Notes: a model not told the origin generated them from the sequence alone. DNA of 64,000 bases from Longimicrobiales bacterium (GCA_965248195.1 CBDFIQ010000002.1:512001-576000), one strand, 5' to 3'. Positions 1 through 10,824 are shown, numbered from the stretch's first letter. Program-made: numbers and translations.

Positions 1-1
1 C

Positions 2-364
2 ATCAACATCAGTCGGACCAGATCGCATTTATTGCCAGACGGTGTAACGTATCCAGGACTTCCGCCTGTGACCGTAACCGGAGTTCCACAGAGCGCCGAC
101 TGCGTCCCGCGCACGGACTCGGGGGCTTGTGGCGATTTGATGGTTGCGCTTCGATACGAGAGAATGGTGGAGTTGTTGTATACGGACGCCCTACGCGGAT
201 ACGCGGATTCGAGAGCCTTTGGCATTATCCCCGATGGGACGTTCACGCAGGCTCCCATGAATCCCCTCGAGTTGCTTGTGCTCGGTCTTGACAACTACAC
301 TTTCGGCGGCCCGGGTGACCCGTTTGGTGCGACCTACGCACCAGTCGATGACGGCGACCTGTGA
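2..364 (+). CDS. RagB/SusD-family nutrient-uptake lipoprotein, C-terminal part (starts before window)
   Basis: Frame open from position 2; LRYERMVEL...GYADSRAFG resembles the SusD C-terminal ERxxEL motif. Confidence 0.6.
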   Translation: MNISRTRSHLLPDGVTYPGLPPVTVTGVPQSADCVPRTDSGACGDLMVALRYERMVELLYTDALRGYADSRAFGIIPDGTFTQAPMNPLELLVLGLDNYTFGGPGDPFGATYAPVDDGDL

Positions 365-420
365 TGAGGTAGTAGACGACGGGGGGCCTGAGCGACACCC
401 GGTCAGTTTCCGCGAAGACA

Positions 421-457
421 AGTGGGGGGGCTAAGGAAGGCCCCCCCATTTGTTGTT
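421..457 (+). terminator. Intrinsic terminator hairpin (group IIC intron target)
   Basis: AGTGGGGGGGCT-loop-GGCCCCCCCATT followed by TTGTTGTT. Confidence 0.7.
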
Positions 458-677
458 GTTGGGCCCGGCATGGGCGATGACTTGGAGGTGAAAGTCCTCT
501 CGGAACCTGGTCGCAAGGACCGAAGGGAAGCGCAAGGCGTTCGTCGTGAGGCGTGCGCTGAACGAAGCGTGAAACGAACCCACTGACCTCAACTCACCGG
601 ACCGCCAGGTGCGGACCCGCATGCCTGGTGGTGTGGGAGGGGAAGGACCGGGATCGCCGGTCCTCCCCTATCCCAAT
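458..677 (+). mobile_element. ORF-less, internally deleted group IIC intron (5' domain I part plus domains V-VI)
   Basis: 5' GGGCCCGGCATGGGCG...GGTGAAAGTCC; domain V ACCGCCAGGTGCGGACCCGCATGCCTGGTGGTGTGGGAGG; 3' end CCTATCCCAAT. Confidence 0.75.
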
Positions 678-920
678 CCCGGCATGTGACTTGGAGGTGA
701 GAGTCCCCCGGAGAGTAGGTCGTAACGATCCAAGTGAACCCCAGGGCGAGCGGGCCAACAGCCGCGAAGCTCTGACGACCAAAGCTCCGGCGGTGTAAAT
801 CCGGCGGTTGTGCGGAGAAGGCCACGTGTCTTACCTGGGGAGATCTCGCTTTACGCTTGAAAGGGCGACGGAGTCGCACCGGAGCGAGAAGTCAGCAGAG
901 GCCATAATAGTCTGACGAAG
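678..920 (+). mobile_element. Second group IIC intron relic (domains I-III only)
   Basis: CCCGGCATG...GGTGAGAGTCC...CTTACCTGGGGAGATCT...GAGAAGTCAGCAGAGGCCATAATAG; no RT ORF or domain V follows. Confidence 0.7.
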
Positions 921-934
921 TCCTACCGCACGGG

Positions 935-1150
935 GTGAGCTTGAAGGTCACGAAGCAGATTCCGCTGACCGACGGGCCGAACAACATCGCCATCACACCC
1001 AACGGGGGAAAGCTGTACGTAGCCATCACGTGCGGGAGCGCCGGGGTCGACGTGATCGATACACGCACTCAGACGAACGTTCGGTTCATTCCGACCACGG
1101 GTGGCGTCCACAACGTCTTCGCCACGCCGGACGGGAGGCACATCGAAGCG
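935..1150 (+). pseudogene. YVTN/YncE beta-propeller fragment
   Basis: GPNNIAITPNGGKLYVA..VDVIDT..GVHNVFATPDGRH repeats, lacking N- and C-termini. Confidence 0.55.
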
Positions 1151-1635
1151 CCTTCCACGTGGGCGGGAAGTTCTGGGATTCCCGGGATCACGCGGACTGG
1201 CGGGCGATCGCCGCCTGGGTGCGAACAGCCGACGCCGGGAGCGCTCCCGCCCGGGAGGTCATGCTTCCTCCCGACTTCGAGTTTTTCCGCACCTGTGTAC
1301 AGCGGATCTTCCTCGATCGGGAAGACGATCGCATGGAGTGTCAGGCCTGCCACGGCGGGGGAGGCCGGGGCTTCGCCCAGGAAATCCCCGAGGGCCGCGA
1401 TTACTGGAACGAGGCGGAGTCGCGACAGAACTACGGGATCATCCTGCGCTACATAGAATCGGGCTACCCGCTCAGGAGCCGGTTCCTGACCCATCCTCTC
1501 GATTCCCACGAGGGAGGAGACAACTACCACTCCGGTGGACGGCGCTGGATGTCGCAGGATGATCCCGAGTGGCAGATGTTGGCCGACTGGGTCCGGGGCG
1601 ACACGCCCACCACCTGTGCAGTCGCGGACAAATAG
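1150..1635 (+). pseudogene. C-terminal fragment of c-type cytochrome-like protein
   Basis: CQACH haem motif; repeated HxGG(K/R)xW..D..W..A.WVR motif; no own start. Confidence 0.5.
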
Positions 1636-1885
1636 AAATGCGCTCGAGGGATCGGCGGTCGGCGGCGCCAGTGGCTTAGTTCGCGAGGACGAGCGGCCTG
1701 CCGACGAGCTTGCTTGGATCGGCGCCGGGCCTCGGAACGAACTTGTTCATCCATCCGCCGTCCCCATGGTCGAAACCGACAGCCAAGAGATACGCTGCAG
1801 ACCCCAAGGGCATTCCTTCCGTCGCCCGTCGCATCGCTTCCACCGGGTGACTGGGGCGTTCTAGCGATGTCTTCGGGACGTGTTC

Positions 1886-2917
1886 CTACGGAAACAAAGA
1901 CTTGGCGAGCATCCCGTGGACGCCTTTCGTGCCGTCGACGAGCTGCGTGATGCTCAGGTCGAGCGCGACCGAGCAGAGCACGTAGGCATCGCCCGGATCC
2001 ATGCCGAGCTCCCGAACGAGAAAGTCGACCATCTCCTGCGTCGCGAGCCGTGCCGCTTCGTCGAGGTCGGGATCGAGACCCATCGACATATAGTGCGTAG
2101 GCGTCTCCGCACGAGGCCACAGAAGGGTGCGGTCCCGGTGGAGGATCACCTGAACCGTGCCGCCCAGCGAAGTTTCGATGGCGGTCCCGCTCACTTCACC
2201 GTCGCCCTGCGCGGCGTGACCGTCCCCGATCGAGAGCAGCGCGCCTCGGGCGTGGACCGGAAGGAAAAGCGTGGTGCCTGCGACGAGGTCCTTGTTGTCG
2301 AGGTTGCCGACGTGCTCGCCGGGAGCCGTGCTCGAGACGCGACCCCGTTCTGGCGGGGGGGCGACGCCGATCGAGCCGAAGAAAGGCCGCATGGGTATGG
2401 TGGCCGTGCTCCCCATGCGCGCCACCCCCGCTTCCGCATCAAGCTCGAAGAGCCGAAGCCCACTATGCGAAAAAGCGTCCGGGAGGGCTCCCCCACCCTG
2501 TCGGAAAGCCGAGACGCCGGACGGCATCAAGAGTCCCGTGTCTAGAATCCGCACCTCCAACACATCGCCCGGCTCGGCGCCCACCACATAGATCGGACCT
2601 GTCAGCGGATGTGCGCCCGGCCCCCGCCCGGCCCCCGCGTTCTCGACCTCGATCATGGCCGCGCTGAAGTCGCTCTCCGGGGCGCCCGCTTCGCGCATCC
2701 GCTCGAGCCCTCGAGCGACGAGCGACTCCACGCGGATCCAGTCTCCCGAGCGAATCCTCAGGACCGGAAGCAAGCTCGCGTCGTAGTATCCCCAGTGCAC
2801 ATTGGAGGGCGCTAAGGGCAAGGAGTGCATCGTACCTCCCTGGCCCTGAAGAGCTGTCGGGGACAGCGCCACGACGAGCCACACTGCCGACGCTTCCAGA
2901 TCGCGTCGTGTCAACAT
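1886..2917 (-). CDS. Acetamidase/formamidase family protein (signal peptide)
   Basis: HWGYYD, HPLTGPIYVVGAEPGDVLEVRI, GNLDNKDL, GDGHAAQGDGEV motifs. Confidence 0.9.
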   Translation of the reverse strand: MLTRRDLEASAVWLVVALSPTALQGQGGTMHSLPLAPSNVHWGYYDASLLPVLRIRSGDWIRVESLVARGLERMREAGAPESDFSAAMIEVENAGAGRGPGAHPLTGPIYVVGAEPGDVLEVRILDTGLLMPSGVSAFRQGGGALPDAFSHSGLRLFELDAEAGVARMGSTATIPMRPFFGSIGVAPPPERGRVSSTAPGEHVGNLDNKDLVAGTTLFLPVHARGALLSIGDGHAAQGDGEVSGTAIETSLGGTVQVILHRDRTLLWPRAETPTHYMSMGLDPDLDEAARLATQEMVDFLVRELGMDPGDAYVLCSVALDLSITQLVDGTKGVHGMLAKSLFP

Positions 2918-3043
2918 GATCGACCTCCTTGGTGGCGGGACCTACGCCAGAACTCTCCTGATCGGCGACCAAGGTAGCGAGGAGAGTCGAAGCGAGCGAT
3001 GTTCCCAGCGTCGAACCCCGACTGCTTCGAAGGAGACGAGACC

Positions 3044-4729
3044 ATGACCGTCCGCAGCGTACCTTTGGTTCTCACCCTGGCCTTCCTCGTAGGAAGCGTT
3101 CCGGCCGGTCTTCAAGCTCAGGCCAATCCGTCGAGCTACGATCTTGTGATCCGGGGTGGCCGCGTCGTCGACGGTACGGGAAACCCGTGGTTCTACGCCG
3201 ACGTGGGCATCCGCGACAGCCGTATCGTGACTGTCGGACAGCTCTCGAGTGCGGACGCGACCCGTGTCATCGATGCCACTGGCCTGGTCGTCGCCCCGGG
3301 CTTCATCGACCTGCACACGCACTCCGACTCTCAGCTCCTGGCGGACGGCACGGCCCAGAGCAAGATCCGCCAGGGCGTCACCCTCGACATCGCCGGGGAG
3401 TCGAGCAGCCCGGGTCCGCGAGACGGAATGCCCGCCTCGGTCGGACGCGGAGGTGTTCGGCAGGACTGGACCAACTTCACCGGCTACTTCGACCGTGTGC
3501 GAAGCCAGGGCATCTCCATGAACCTCATCACGCACGTCTCTTATCATCAGGTGCGGCTCGTGGTCAAAGGATTCGACGAAGGCCCGGCGACGCCGGCCGA
3601 CTTGGAGCGGATGAAGCAGCTCACGGCCCGATCGATGGAAGAGGGCGCCTGGGGTCTCGTCACGCGCTTCGGAAGCGGAGGGCCTCAGCACCCCGACGAG
3701 GTCCTCGAGCTCGCCAAAGTCGTCGCATCGTACGGTGGCAACTACACGTCCCACCACGGAAGCGAGGGGTACGAGCAGGAAAAGGAGATCGACTTCGCGA
3801 TCAGGGTCGCCGAGGAGGCCCGGATACCTGTGCACCTGTTCCACTTCAAGGTGAGGGCCCGCGGCAATTGGGGAACGATCGGTCGCTTCATCGCCCAGGT
3901 CGAAGAGGCGAGAAGCCGCGGGTTGGACGTCACGGCGAACCAGTACCCCTATACCGCGATGTTCCACGGGTGGAGCTCCTTCTTTCCGCTCTGGGTACGG
4001 GAAGGTGGCCCGGATCGGTTCGCCGCGAGACTTCGGGACCTATCCCTGCGAGAGCGGATCAAGAGCGATCCGGACTTCATCGCATGGGCCGAGGAGCATG
4101 GTTGGTGGGAGGGTATCGTACTCGCGCGAGCCAGCCGACCGGACGTCAGTCGGTACGAGGGGATGACGGTGGCGGAGATCGCATCCTCGCTGGGGGTGCC
4201 CGATCCCGCCGACGTCGCCATCGACCTCATGGCGCAGGAGGGCGGTGGCATCAGTGGCATCTTCCACGCGATGTCCGAGGAGGATGTGCGGTTGGCGATG
4301 CGGCAGCCCTGGATGGCTCACGCCAGCGATGGCTCCGCGATCAACCTGGACGCTGGGGGTGTCCCGCACCCACGCAACTACGGGACCGTCCCTCGCGTGC
4401 TCGGACACTATGTGCGCGATGAGGGCGTCCTCACCCTTGAGGAAGCCATCCGAAAAATGACCTCCCTGCCCGCCCAAATTCTAGGGTTACGGGACCGGGG
4501 GCAGATCCGGGAGGGTCTCGTCGCGGACATCGCAGTGTTCGATCCGGCCCGGGTCGCTGAAACGAACTCGTTCGAGAATCCGAAGTCCTATCCGGTCGGG
4601 ATTCCCTACGTCATCGTCAACGGGACCCTCGTGATCGAAGGGGGAGAGCACACGGGTGCCCGCCCGGGAGTCGTGATTCTCGGAAGAGGGTACAGGCCGG
4701 GCACTCCCGTGAGCTTCGGGTCCCAGTAG
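3044..4729 (+). CDS. N-acyl-D-amino-acid deacylase (D-aminoacylase) family amidohydrolase
   Basis: YDLVIRGGRVVDGTG, PGFIDLHTHSD, HPRNYGT, EEAIRKMTSLPA; AGGAGA RBS. Confidence 0.9.
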   Translation: MTVRSVPLVLTLAFLVGSVPAGLQAQANPSSYDLVIRGGRVVDGTGNPWFYADVGIRDSRIVTVGQLSSADATRVIDATGLVVAPGFIDLHTHSDSQLLADGTAQSKIRQGVTLDIAGESSSPGPRDGMPASVGRGGVRQDWTNFTGYFDRVRSQGISMNLITHVSYHQVRLVVKGFDEGPATPADLERMKQLTARSMEEGAWGLVTRFGSGGPQHPDEVLELAKVVASYGGNYTSHHGSEGYEQEKEIDFAIRVAEEARIPVHLFHFKVRARGNWGTIGRFIAQVEEARSRGLDVTANQYPYTAMFHGWSSFFPLWVREGGPDRFAARLRDLSLRERIKSDPDFIAWAEEHGWWEGIVLARASRPDVSRYEGMTVAEIASSLGVPDPADVAIDLMAQEGGGISGIFHAMSEEDVRLAMRQPWMAHASDGSAINLDAGGVPHPRNYGTVPRVLGHYVRDEGVLTLEEAIRKMTSLPAQILGLRDRGQIREGLVADIAVFDPARVAETNSFENPKSYPVGIPYVIVNGTLVIEGGEHTGARPGVVILGRGYRPGTPVSFGSQ

Positions 4730-4880
4730 CGGTGATCTACTCAGGCCTTTGGTTTTTTGTTTTTCCCGGGGAAATTTTTTTTTGTTTTTTCCGATCCCTC
4801 TCCCTAAATTGGGTCGCTGGGCTCACTAGCCCCGGGGTCGTGTGGGACGGGAGGTGCCGGCATCCACCGGAGATCGAGGT

Positions 4881-7355
4881 ATGAAGACAGTCGCTGCTAG
4901 CGTCGCTGTGCTGGGAATCTGGCTCTCGGTATGGAGTCAGCCCGCCGGCGTGCATGCGGTCGGTTATGCGGCCGCGGCGACCCCTTGGTTCCAAGGCGAG
5001 GCCATCTCGCTCACGGTCGCGCCGACCGTCGAGCCGAACGAGGTCGTCGAGCTGAACGAGGTCCTGGAGCAGTACTGTGTCCGGTGCCACAGTGAACGCC
5101 GGCTGACCGGAAACCTGTCGCTCGAAGGCTTCGATGTCGAAGCTGCGCACCAGCAGGCCGAGATCGCCGAGAAGATGATCCTGAAGCTTCGGGCCGGGAT
5201 GATGCCGCCTCCGGGGCAGAGGCGCCCGTCACCGGACACCCTCTTGCAGCTCGTGGAGACCCTCGAGGCGGTGGTCGACGAAGCCGCCGCAGCCAATCCG
5301 AATCCGGGCGTTCGCAGGTTCCAGAGGCTCACTCGGGCCGAGTACTCCAGGGTGATCCGTGACCTCCTCGCGCTGGAGGTGGACGCCGGGCGCTGGCTGC
5401 CGGCCGACACGTACCTGGGCAGCTTCGACAACATGTCGGACGCCCAGGGACTCTCCGCCACCCTGATAGAGGCGTATCTGAGGGCCGCCACCGAGATTAG
5501 CCGGCTGGCCATGGGCAACCCGGGGGCGCTGTCGAACTCGACCAAGTACACGAACCCGATCGAGGTCTCGCAGCACGCGTGGGACCAAATCGAGGGCGCG
5601 CCCTTCGGAACCCGAGGCGGGATCGTCGTGACGCACGACTTCCCTTCAGACGGAGAGTACGTCTTCGAGGTCCAGACCAAACTCGGCGCGGGAACGGCGT
5701 TCGAGGACATCGATTTCGCCATCGACGGCGAGGGAGTCGCGCTTCTGGGTCTGCAGAACAACGGAGGCCCCGGCGGGCGCCGCGGAGGAGGCTTCAGCGT
5801 TCCCATCAGAACCGAGCCCATCTTCGTCCGGGCCGGTCAGCACCAGATCTCGGCGGCCTTTGTCCGGAAGATCGACGGACCCTACGAGGATCGGCACAGC
5901 CCGTTCGGTTTTTCCTTCGTCGGCGGGGAGGACTCGCAGAACTGGGCGAACTACGGGATCACGGCGTTGCCGCACCTGAGCGACCTGATGATCACCGGGC
6001 CGATCTTCGCCGCCGGCGTCTCCGAGACGGCGAGTCGCCGGAAGATCTTCCTCTGCTACCCGGATTCGGGAGGCACAGGCGAGGAGCGTTCCTGCGCAGA
6101 GTCGACTCTCTCGCGACTGGCCAGGGAAGCGTATCGGCGACCCATCACCCCCGAAGATCTCACGGGCCCGATGTCCTTCTACGATAACGCTGCCGCGGAA
6201 CAGGGCTTCGAGGTCGGCGTGCGAACGGGTATCCAGGCGATTCTCGCGAGCCCGTCGTTCATCTTCCGGCTCGAGCGTGAGCCTTCCGGCCTGCCACCCG
6301 GCGAGAGCTTTCGACTGAGCGATCTCGATCTTGCGACGCGACTGTCTTTCTTCCTGTGGGCCACGGGGCCGGACGACGAACTCCTGACGATCGCGGCCGA
6401 GGGCCGGCTGTCGGAGCCAGGCGTCCTCGAGAGACAGGTGGACCGCATGCTCGAGGATGAGCGTGCGTCAGCGCTGGCCACACGCTTCGCTTCACAGTGG
6501 CTGCGGCTGCAGGATGCCGAGAAGAACCACCCGGAGCCGTTCCTCTATCCAGACTTCACCGCTCAGCTCAGCGCCGACCTGGTGCGGGAGACGGAGCTGC
6601 TCTTCGAGCATCTCGTACGGGAGGACCGGAGTCTACTCGAGCTTTTCACCGCGGACTACACCTTCATCAACGATCGACTGGCCCGTCATTACGGAATCAC
6701 CGGCGTGTCGGGTAGCGAGTTCCGACGCGTCCAGTACCTGCCTGACACCCGGAGCGGCGTGCTGGGTCACGGGAGCGTCCTGCTGCTGACGTCCATGTCG
6801 GCACGGACGTCACCCGTGCTACGCGGGAAGTGGGTGATGGAAGTGCTGATGGGCACACCCCCGCCGCCACCACCGCCCAACATACCGGCGTTCGAAGAGA
6901 CCGAGGCCTTTGCGGACGGACGGCGTCTGACGACGCACGAGCGGATGGAGCAGCACCGGACCAATCCGACGTGCAACTCGTGTCACCGCTTCATGGACCC
7001 CATCGGCCTGGCGCTCGACAGCTACGACGTGACCGGCAGGTTTCGATTCCGGGAGAACGGCATGCCGCTCGACACGCACGGCACCTTCTATGACGGTACC
7101 GACGTGAGCTCCCCGAGCGATCTCACGGAGGTGCTCTTGAAGCGGCCGATCCCGTTGGTGAGGAACTTCACGGCGAATCTGCTCTCCTACGCCATGGGCA
7201 GGCGGGCCGAATACTACGACCAACCGGCGATCCGGGCGATCGGCCGGGAGGCCGAGGCGAACGACTATCGGATGTCCTCGTTCATCCTGGGGGTCGTGCA
7301 GAGCGACCCGTTCCAGATGATGCAAGCTCGAGCGGTAGCAGAGACCGAACCCTAG
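4881..7355 (+). CDS. DUF1592/DUF1588/DUF1595-type cytochrome c domain protein
   Basis: CVRCH and CNSCH; RLTRAEY, LATRLSFFLW, RTSPVLRGKWV. Confidence 0.85.
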   Translation: MKTVAASVAVLGIWLSVWSQPAGVHAVGYAAAATPWFQGEAISLTVAPTVEPNEVVELNEVLEQYCVRCHSERRLTGNLSLEGFDVEAAHQQAEIAEKMILKLRAGMMPPPGQRRPSPDTLLQLVETLEAVVDEAAAANPNPGVRRFQRLTRAEYSRVIRDLLALEVDAGRWLPADTYLGSFDNMSDAQGLSATLIEAYLRAATEISRLAMGNPGALSNSTKYTNPIEVSQHAWDQIEGAPFGTRGGIVVTHDFPSDGEYVFEVQTKLGAGTAFEDIDFAIDGEGVALLGLQNNGGPGGRRGGGFSVPIRTEPIFVRAGQHQISAAFVRKIDGPYEDRHSPFGFSFVGGEDSQNWANYGITALPHLSDLMITGPIFAAGVSETASRRKIFLCYPDSGGTGEERSCAESTLSRLAREAYRRPITPEDLTGPMSFYDNAAAEQGFEVGVRTGIQAILASPSFIFRLEREPSGLPPGESFRLSDLDLATRLSFFLWATGPDDELLTIAAEGRLSEPGVLERQVDRMLEDERASALATRFASQWLRLQDAEKNHPEPFLYPDFTAQLSADLVRETELLFEHLVREDRSLLELFTADYTFINDRLARHYGITGVSGSEFRRVQYLPDTRSGVLGHGSVLLLTSMSARTSPVLRGKWVMEVLMGTPPPPPPPNIPAFEETEAFADGRRLTTHERMEQHRTNPTCNSCHRFMDPIGLALDSYDVTGRFRFRENGMPLDTHGTFYDGTDVSSPSDLTEVLLKRPIPLVRNFTANLLSYAMGRRAEYYDQPAIRAIGREAEANDYRMSSFILGVVQSDPFQMMQARAVAETEP

Positions 7356-7371
7356 CAAGGATTGTAGAACC

Positions 7372-8799
7372 ATGGAGTTCATCACAGGGAGACACCTTCC
7401 TCGCAGGACGTTCATCCGCGGTGCGGGTGCGGCGATCGCGTCGCCGTTCCTGGACGCGATGGTGCCCGCCGGGCGACCCTGGCGCGACCCGACGCGGCAG
7501 GTCGGTTCCACGCGCCTGGTGTGCATCGAGGAGTCCATGGGCTCGGCCGGCTCGAACGATTGGGGAGATACTCAGCACCTGTTCGCGCCCGCTCAGGTCG
7601 GTCGGGATTTTGATTTTTCGCCGACGAATCAGCTGGCGCAGCTGGAGGAGTTCCGGGAGTACCTGACCATCATCAGCGACACGGACTGCCGCATGGCCGA
7701 GGCCTACAGGGCCGAGGAGATCGGTGGCGACCACGACCGGTCGACGGCCGTGTTCCTGACGCAGTCCCATCCCAAGCAGACACAGGGTTCGGACCTCTTT
7801 CTGGGGACCTCGATCGATCAGCTGCATGCACGCCGCTTCGGGAGAGACACCGCGCTGCCCTCGTTGGAGCTCTCTATCGAGGGGATCGACCGTGGAGGCG
7901 GCTGCGCCTACAACTACCACTGCGCGTACACGACCTCGCTCTCGTGGGCCTCGCCCAACCAGCCGCTTCCCGCCATCCGAGAGCCGCGGGTGGTCTTCGA
8001 GCGGCTCTTCGGGGCGGGGGACACGTCTGAAGACCGGGCAGCCCGACGGCGGACGGATCGGAGCATTATCGACTGGATCGCGAGCGAGGTCGTGCGCTTG
8101 CGACGCGAGCTCGGGGCCGTGGATCGCGTGGCCCTGGACGAGTATGTCACGCACATCCGAGAGATCGAGCGCCGAATCGAGCTCGTCGAAGCGCGCAACG
8201 CCAGTGGTGAGGAGAGGGAGATGCCCGAGGCGCCCTCCGGCGTTCCCGACGACTGGGAAGAGCACATGAGGCTGATGTTCGACCTCCAGGTGCTCGCGCT
8301 GCAATCCGACTTGACGCGTGTGATCACCTTCAAGACGGGCTTCGATCAGTCGAACAGGAGCCATCCGGAGAGCGGCACGAACAAAAGCTTCCACGGGGCG
8401 TCGCACCACGGCAACGTTCCCGAGGACGTCCTGGACTATAACAAGATCAACACGTACCGCACGAGCCAGCTCGGCTACTTCCTCGCCAAGATGCGAGACA
8501 CCATGGATGGGGAGGCCTCTCTGCTGGACAAGACCGCGATCGTGTGGGGCTCCCCCATGGGCGATCCGAACCTCCACAACCACCGTCGTTGCCCGCTCCT
8601 TCTGATGGGTCACGCCAACGGAGCCCTCGAGGGTGGCCTTCATCTGAGGACCCCGCGGGGCACGCCGATGGCGAACGTGTTTGTGAGCCTGATGCAGGGC
8701 CTCGGGCACGACGAAATGGAGAGCTTCGGCGACAGCACGGGGGCCTTCGACCTGAGCTTCCCGGGCGGTGTCATATCCGGCGGCGGGAGCGGCGCGTGA
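7372..8799 (+). CDS. DUF1552 domain protein
   Basis: RRTFIRGAG Tat-like start, SIDQL, LPSLELS, DLTRVITF; usual partner of DUF1592. Confidence 0.85.
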   Translation: MEFITGRHLPRRTFIRGAGAAIASPFLDAMVPAGRPWRDPTRQVGSTRLVCIEESMGSAGSNDWGDTQHLFAPAQVGRDFDFSPTNQLAQLEEFREYLTIISDTDCRMAEAYRAEEIGGDHDRSTAVFLTQSHPKQTQGSDLFLGTSIDQLHARRFGRDTALPSLELSIEGIDRGGGCAYNYHCAYTTSLSWASPNQPLPAIREPRVVFERLFGAGDTSEDRAARRRTDRSIIDWIASEVVRLRRELGAVDRVALDEYVTHIREIERRIELVEARNASGEEREMPEAPSGVPDDWEEHMRLMFDLQVLALQSDLTRVITFKTGFDQSNRSHPESGTNKSFHGASHHGNVPEDVLDYNKINTYRTSQLGYFLAKMRDTMDGEASLLDKTAIVWGSPMGDPNLHNHRRCPLLLMGHANGALEGGLHLRTPRGTPMANVFVSLMQGLGHDEMESFGDSTGAFDLSFPGGVISGGGSGA

Positions 8800-10712
8800 A
8801 GAACGTGAAATCGATGGGTGCCTTGGGCTTGGCGGCTGTGCTCTGTGCCGCGGCGCTCCAAACGGACGGGCCGCTCATCGACGCGGCGAGGAACGGTGAC
8901 GTAGAGGCCGTACGGTCACTGTTGGCCGAAGGCGCCGACGTGAATGCGACACCGGGCGATGGCATGACCGCGCTGCATTGGGCCGCGGAGCGCAGCCACG
9001 CCGCGGTCGTGGATCTGCTCCTGTCCGCGGGCGCCAGCGTGGAGGCCAAGACCCGAATCGGCGGCTACACGCCGCTTCACCTGGCCAGCCGCAGCGGCAA
9101 CGGCACAATCGTGAGTGCGCTTCTCGATGCGGGCGCCGATCCCCATGCGACCACCACGCACAGCAGCGTAACCCCGCTTCACCTCGCGGCCGCCGCCTTC
9201 GACGGCGCGGAGGCCGTCACCGCGCTCCTGAGGCGCGACGCCGAGGTGGACGCTCGTGAGGCGTCGTCTGGCCAGACCCCGTTGATGTTCGCTGCCGCGT
9301 ACAATCGCACCGAGGCGGCCGTGGCGCTGCTCGAACACGGCGCCGACCCCGCGATCCGAACCGAGACCATCGACGTGCTCCGGAGCATGGCCGTCGATCG
9401 GGAGGCCGCCCAAATCCTCGGCGACGCGATCGACGATTTTCGTGAAGCCGACGCAGCCGGAGCTAGCTGGGAGCCCAGCTCGGCCCAGGTTCAAGCGGCT
9501 ATCATGGCCCAGCGTGACTTTTTGTTATCCGGCTACGATCCGGGACCGGTCGACGGAGAGTCGTTGGCGAGGGTCAACTCCGAATATCCCGGGGGACCCG
9601 AGATTGTTCACCCCCCCTACCGTGAGGTACTCGTCGGCAAGACGGGCGGCATGTCCGCACTCTTGCATGCTGCCCGGGAGGGTCACGTAGAGGCGGCGCT
9701 CGCCCTCCTCGACGGGGGTGCTGACATCGATCAGGTCAGCGCCGACAATACCAGCCCGCTTCTGATGACTACGCTGAACGGCCAGTTCGACTTGGCGATG
9801 CTTCTGGTGGCGCGTGGCGCGGATCCGAACCTGGCGACTTCCACCGAAGGATCGGCGCCCCTCTTCGCCACGCTCGAGACCCAGTGGGCTCCCCAGTCCA
9901 ACTATCCGCAGCCCCGCGCGCACGACGATCAGAGCGCGGAGTACATGGATGTGTTGAGGGTGCTCCTGGAGGCGGGGGCCGACCCCGACATGCGCCTCAA
10001 CACGCATCTGTGGTACTGGGAGTTCGGCCTCACGAAGATCGGGCTCGACCTCACCGGCGCGACGCCATTCTGGCGGGCCGCCATCGCCCAGGACATCCCA
10101 GCGATGCGGCTGCTCGCCTCCCACGGTGCCGATCCGAACATCCCGACGCGGTGGCCGGCCATAGGAATGCGGGAGCGCCGCCAGCAGGACGGGCGGCAGC
10201 AGGAGGACTCCGGGTTACCGTCGGTCCCTGAAGGCGTGGAGAACGCCTACCCGATCCATGCCGCCACAGGTGGGGGGTACCTCGGGCTCGGGGCCTTCAG
10301 CATGCGCAACGCGCCCGATCAGTTCCTGCCCGCGGTCCGGTACCTGATCGAAGAGCAGGGTGCCGACGTGAACATGCTCGACTCGTGGCTCTACACCCCG
10401 CTCCACTATGCGGCGTCGCGTGGGGACAACGAGATGATCGAGTATCTGGTGTCCCAGGGCGCGGACGTCGAGGCGGTCACGCGTCTCGGGCAGTCTACTG
10501 CCGACATGGCCCGCGGTGGGCGCGCCGGCTTCTTCACGCGGGTGGCCTACCCGGAGACGGTCGAGCTGCTGCAGAGCCTGGGCTCGACGCTGGAGTGCCT
10601 GAACACGCACTTCCTCGACACCGGGGACTTCTGTGTGGGGGCCGGAGTGGAAGACCCCTGGCAGCCCGGGGCGGATGGGCATCGGCCGGGCATTCGAAGA
10701 GGGGGGAATTGA
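8796..10712 (+). CDS. Secreted ankyrin-repeat protein
   Basis: Multiple GxTALHWAA/TPLHLA repeats; GTG start overlaps upstream stop. Confidence 0.85.
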   Translation: MKNVKSMGALGLAAVLCAAALQTDGPLIDAARNGDVEAVRSLLAEGADVNATPGDGMTALHWAAERSHAAVVDLLLSAGASVEAKTRIGGYTPLHLASRSGNGTIVSALLDAGADPHATTTHSSVTPLHLAAAAFDGAEAVTALLRRDAEVDAREASSGQTPLMFAAAYNRTEAAVALLEHGADPAIRTETIDVLRSMAVDREAAQILGDAIDDFREADAAGASWEPSSAQVQAAIMAQRDFLLSGYDPGPVDGESLARVNSEYPGGPEIVHPPYREVLVGKTGGMSALLHAAREGHVEAALALLDGGADIDQVSADNTSPLLMTTLNGQFDLAMLLVARGADPNLATSTEGSAPLFATLETQWAPQSNYPQPRAHDDQSAEYMDVLRVLLEAGADPDMRLNTHLWYWEFGLTKIGLDLTGATPFWRAAIAQDIPAMRLLASHGADPNIPTRWPAIGMRERRQQDGRQQEDSGLPSVPEGVENAYPIHAATGGGYLGLGAFSMRNAPDQFLPAVRYLIEEQGADVNMLDSWLYTPLHYAASRGDNEMIEYLVSQGADVEAVTRLGQSTADMARGGRAGFFTRVAYPETVELLQSLGSTLECLNTHFLDTGDFCVGAGVEDPWQPGADGHRPGIRRGGN

Positions 10713-10824
10713 CGGTGGGTGGGTGGACAAGTTCGTGCCTAAGCCGGGGGCGGATCCGAGCAAGCTGATCGGCCCTCGGGCGTTGCTCCATTCTTGAAGG
10801 GGCAACACCGCGTTTCCCATTTGC

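Noticed and set aside
4740..4810. T-rich low-complexity stretch
   Set aside because: No clear structure; may be a low-quality sequence patch or a degenerate terminator.
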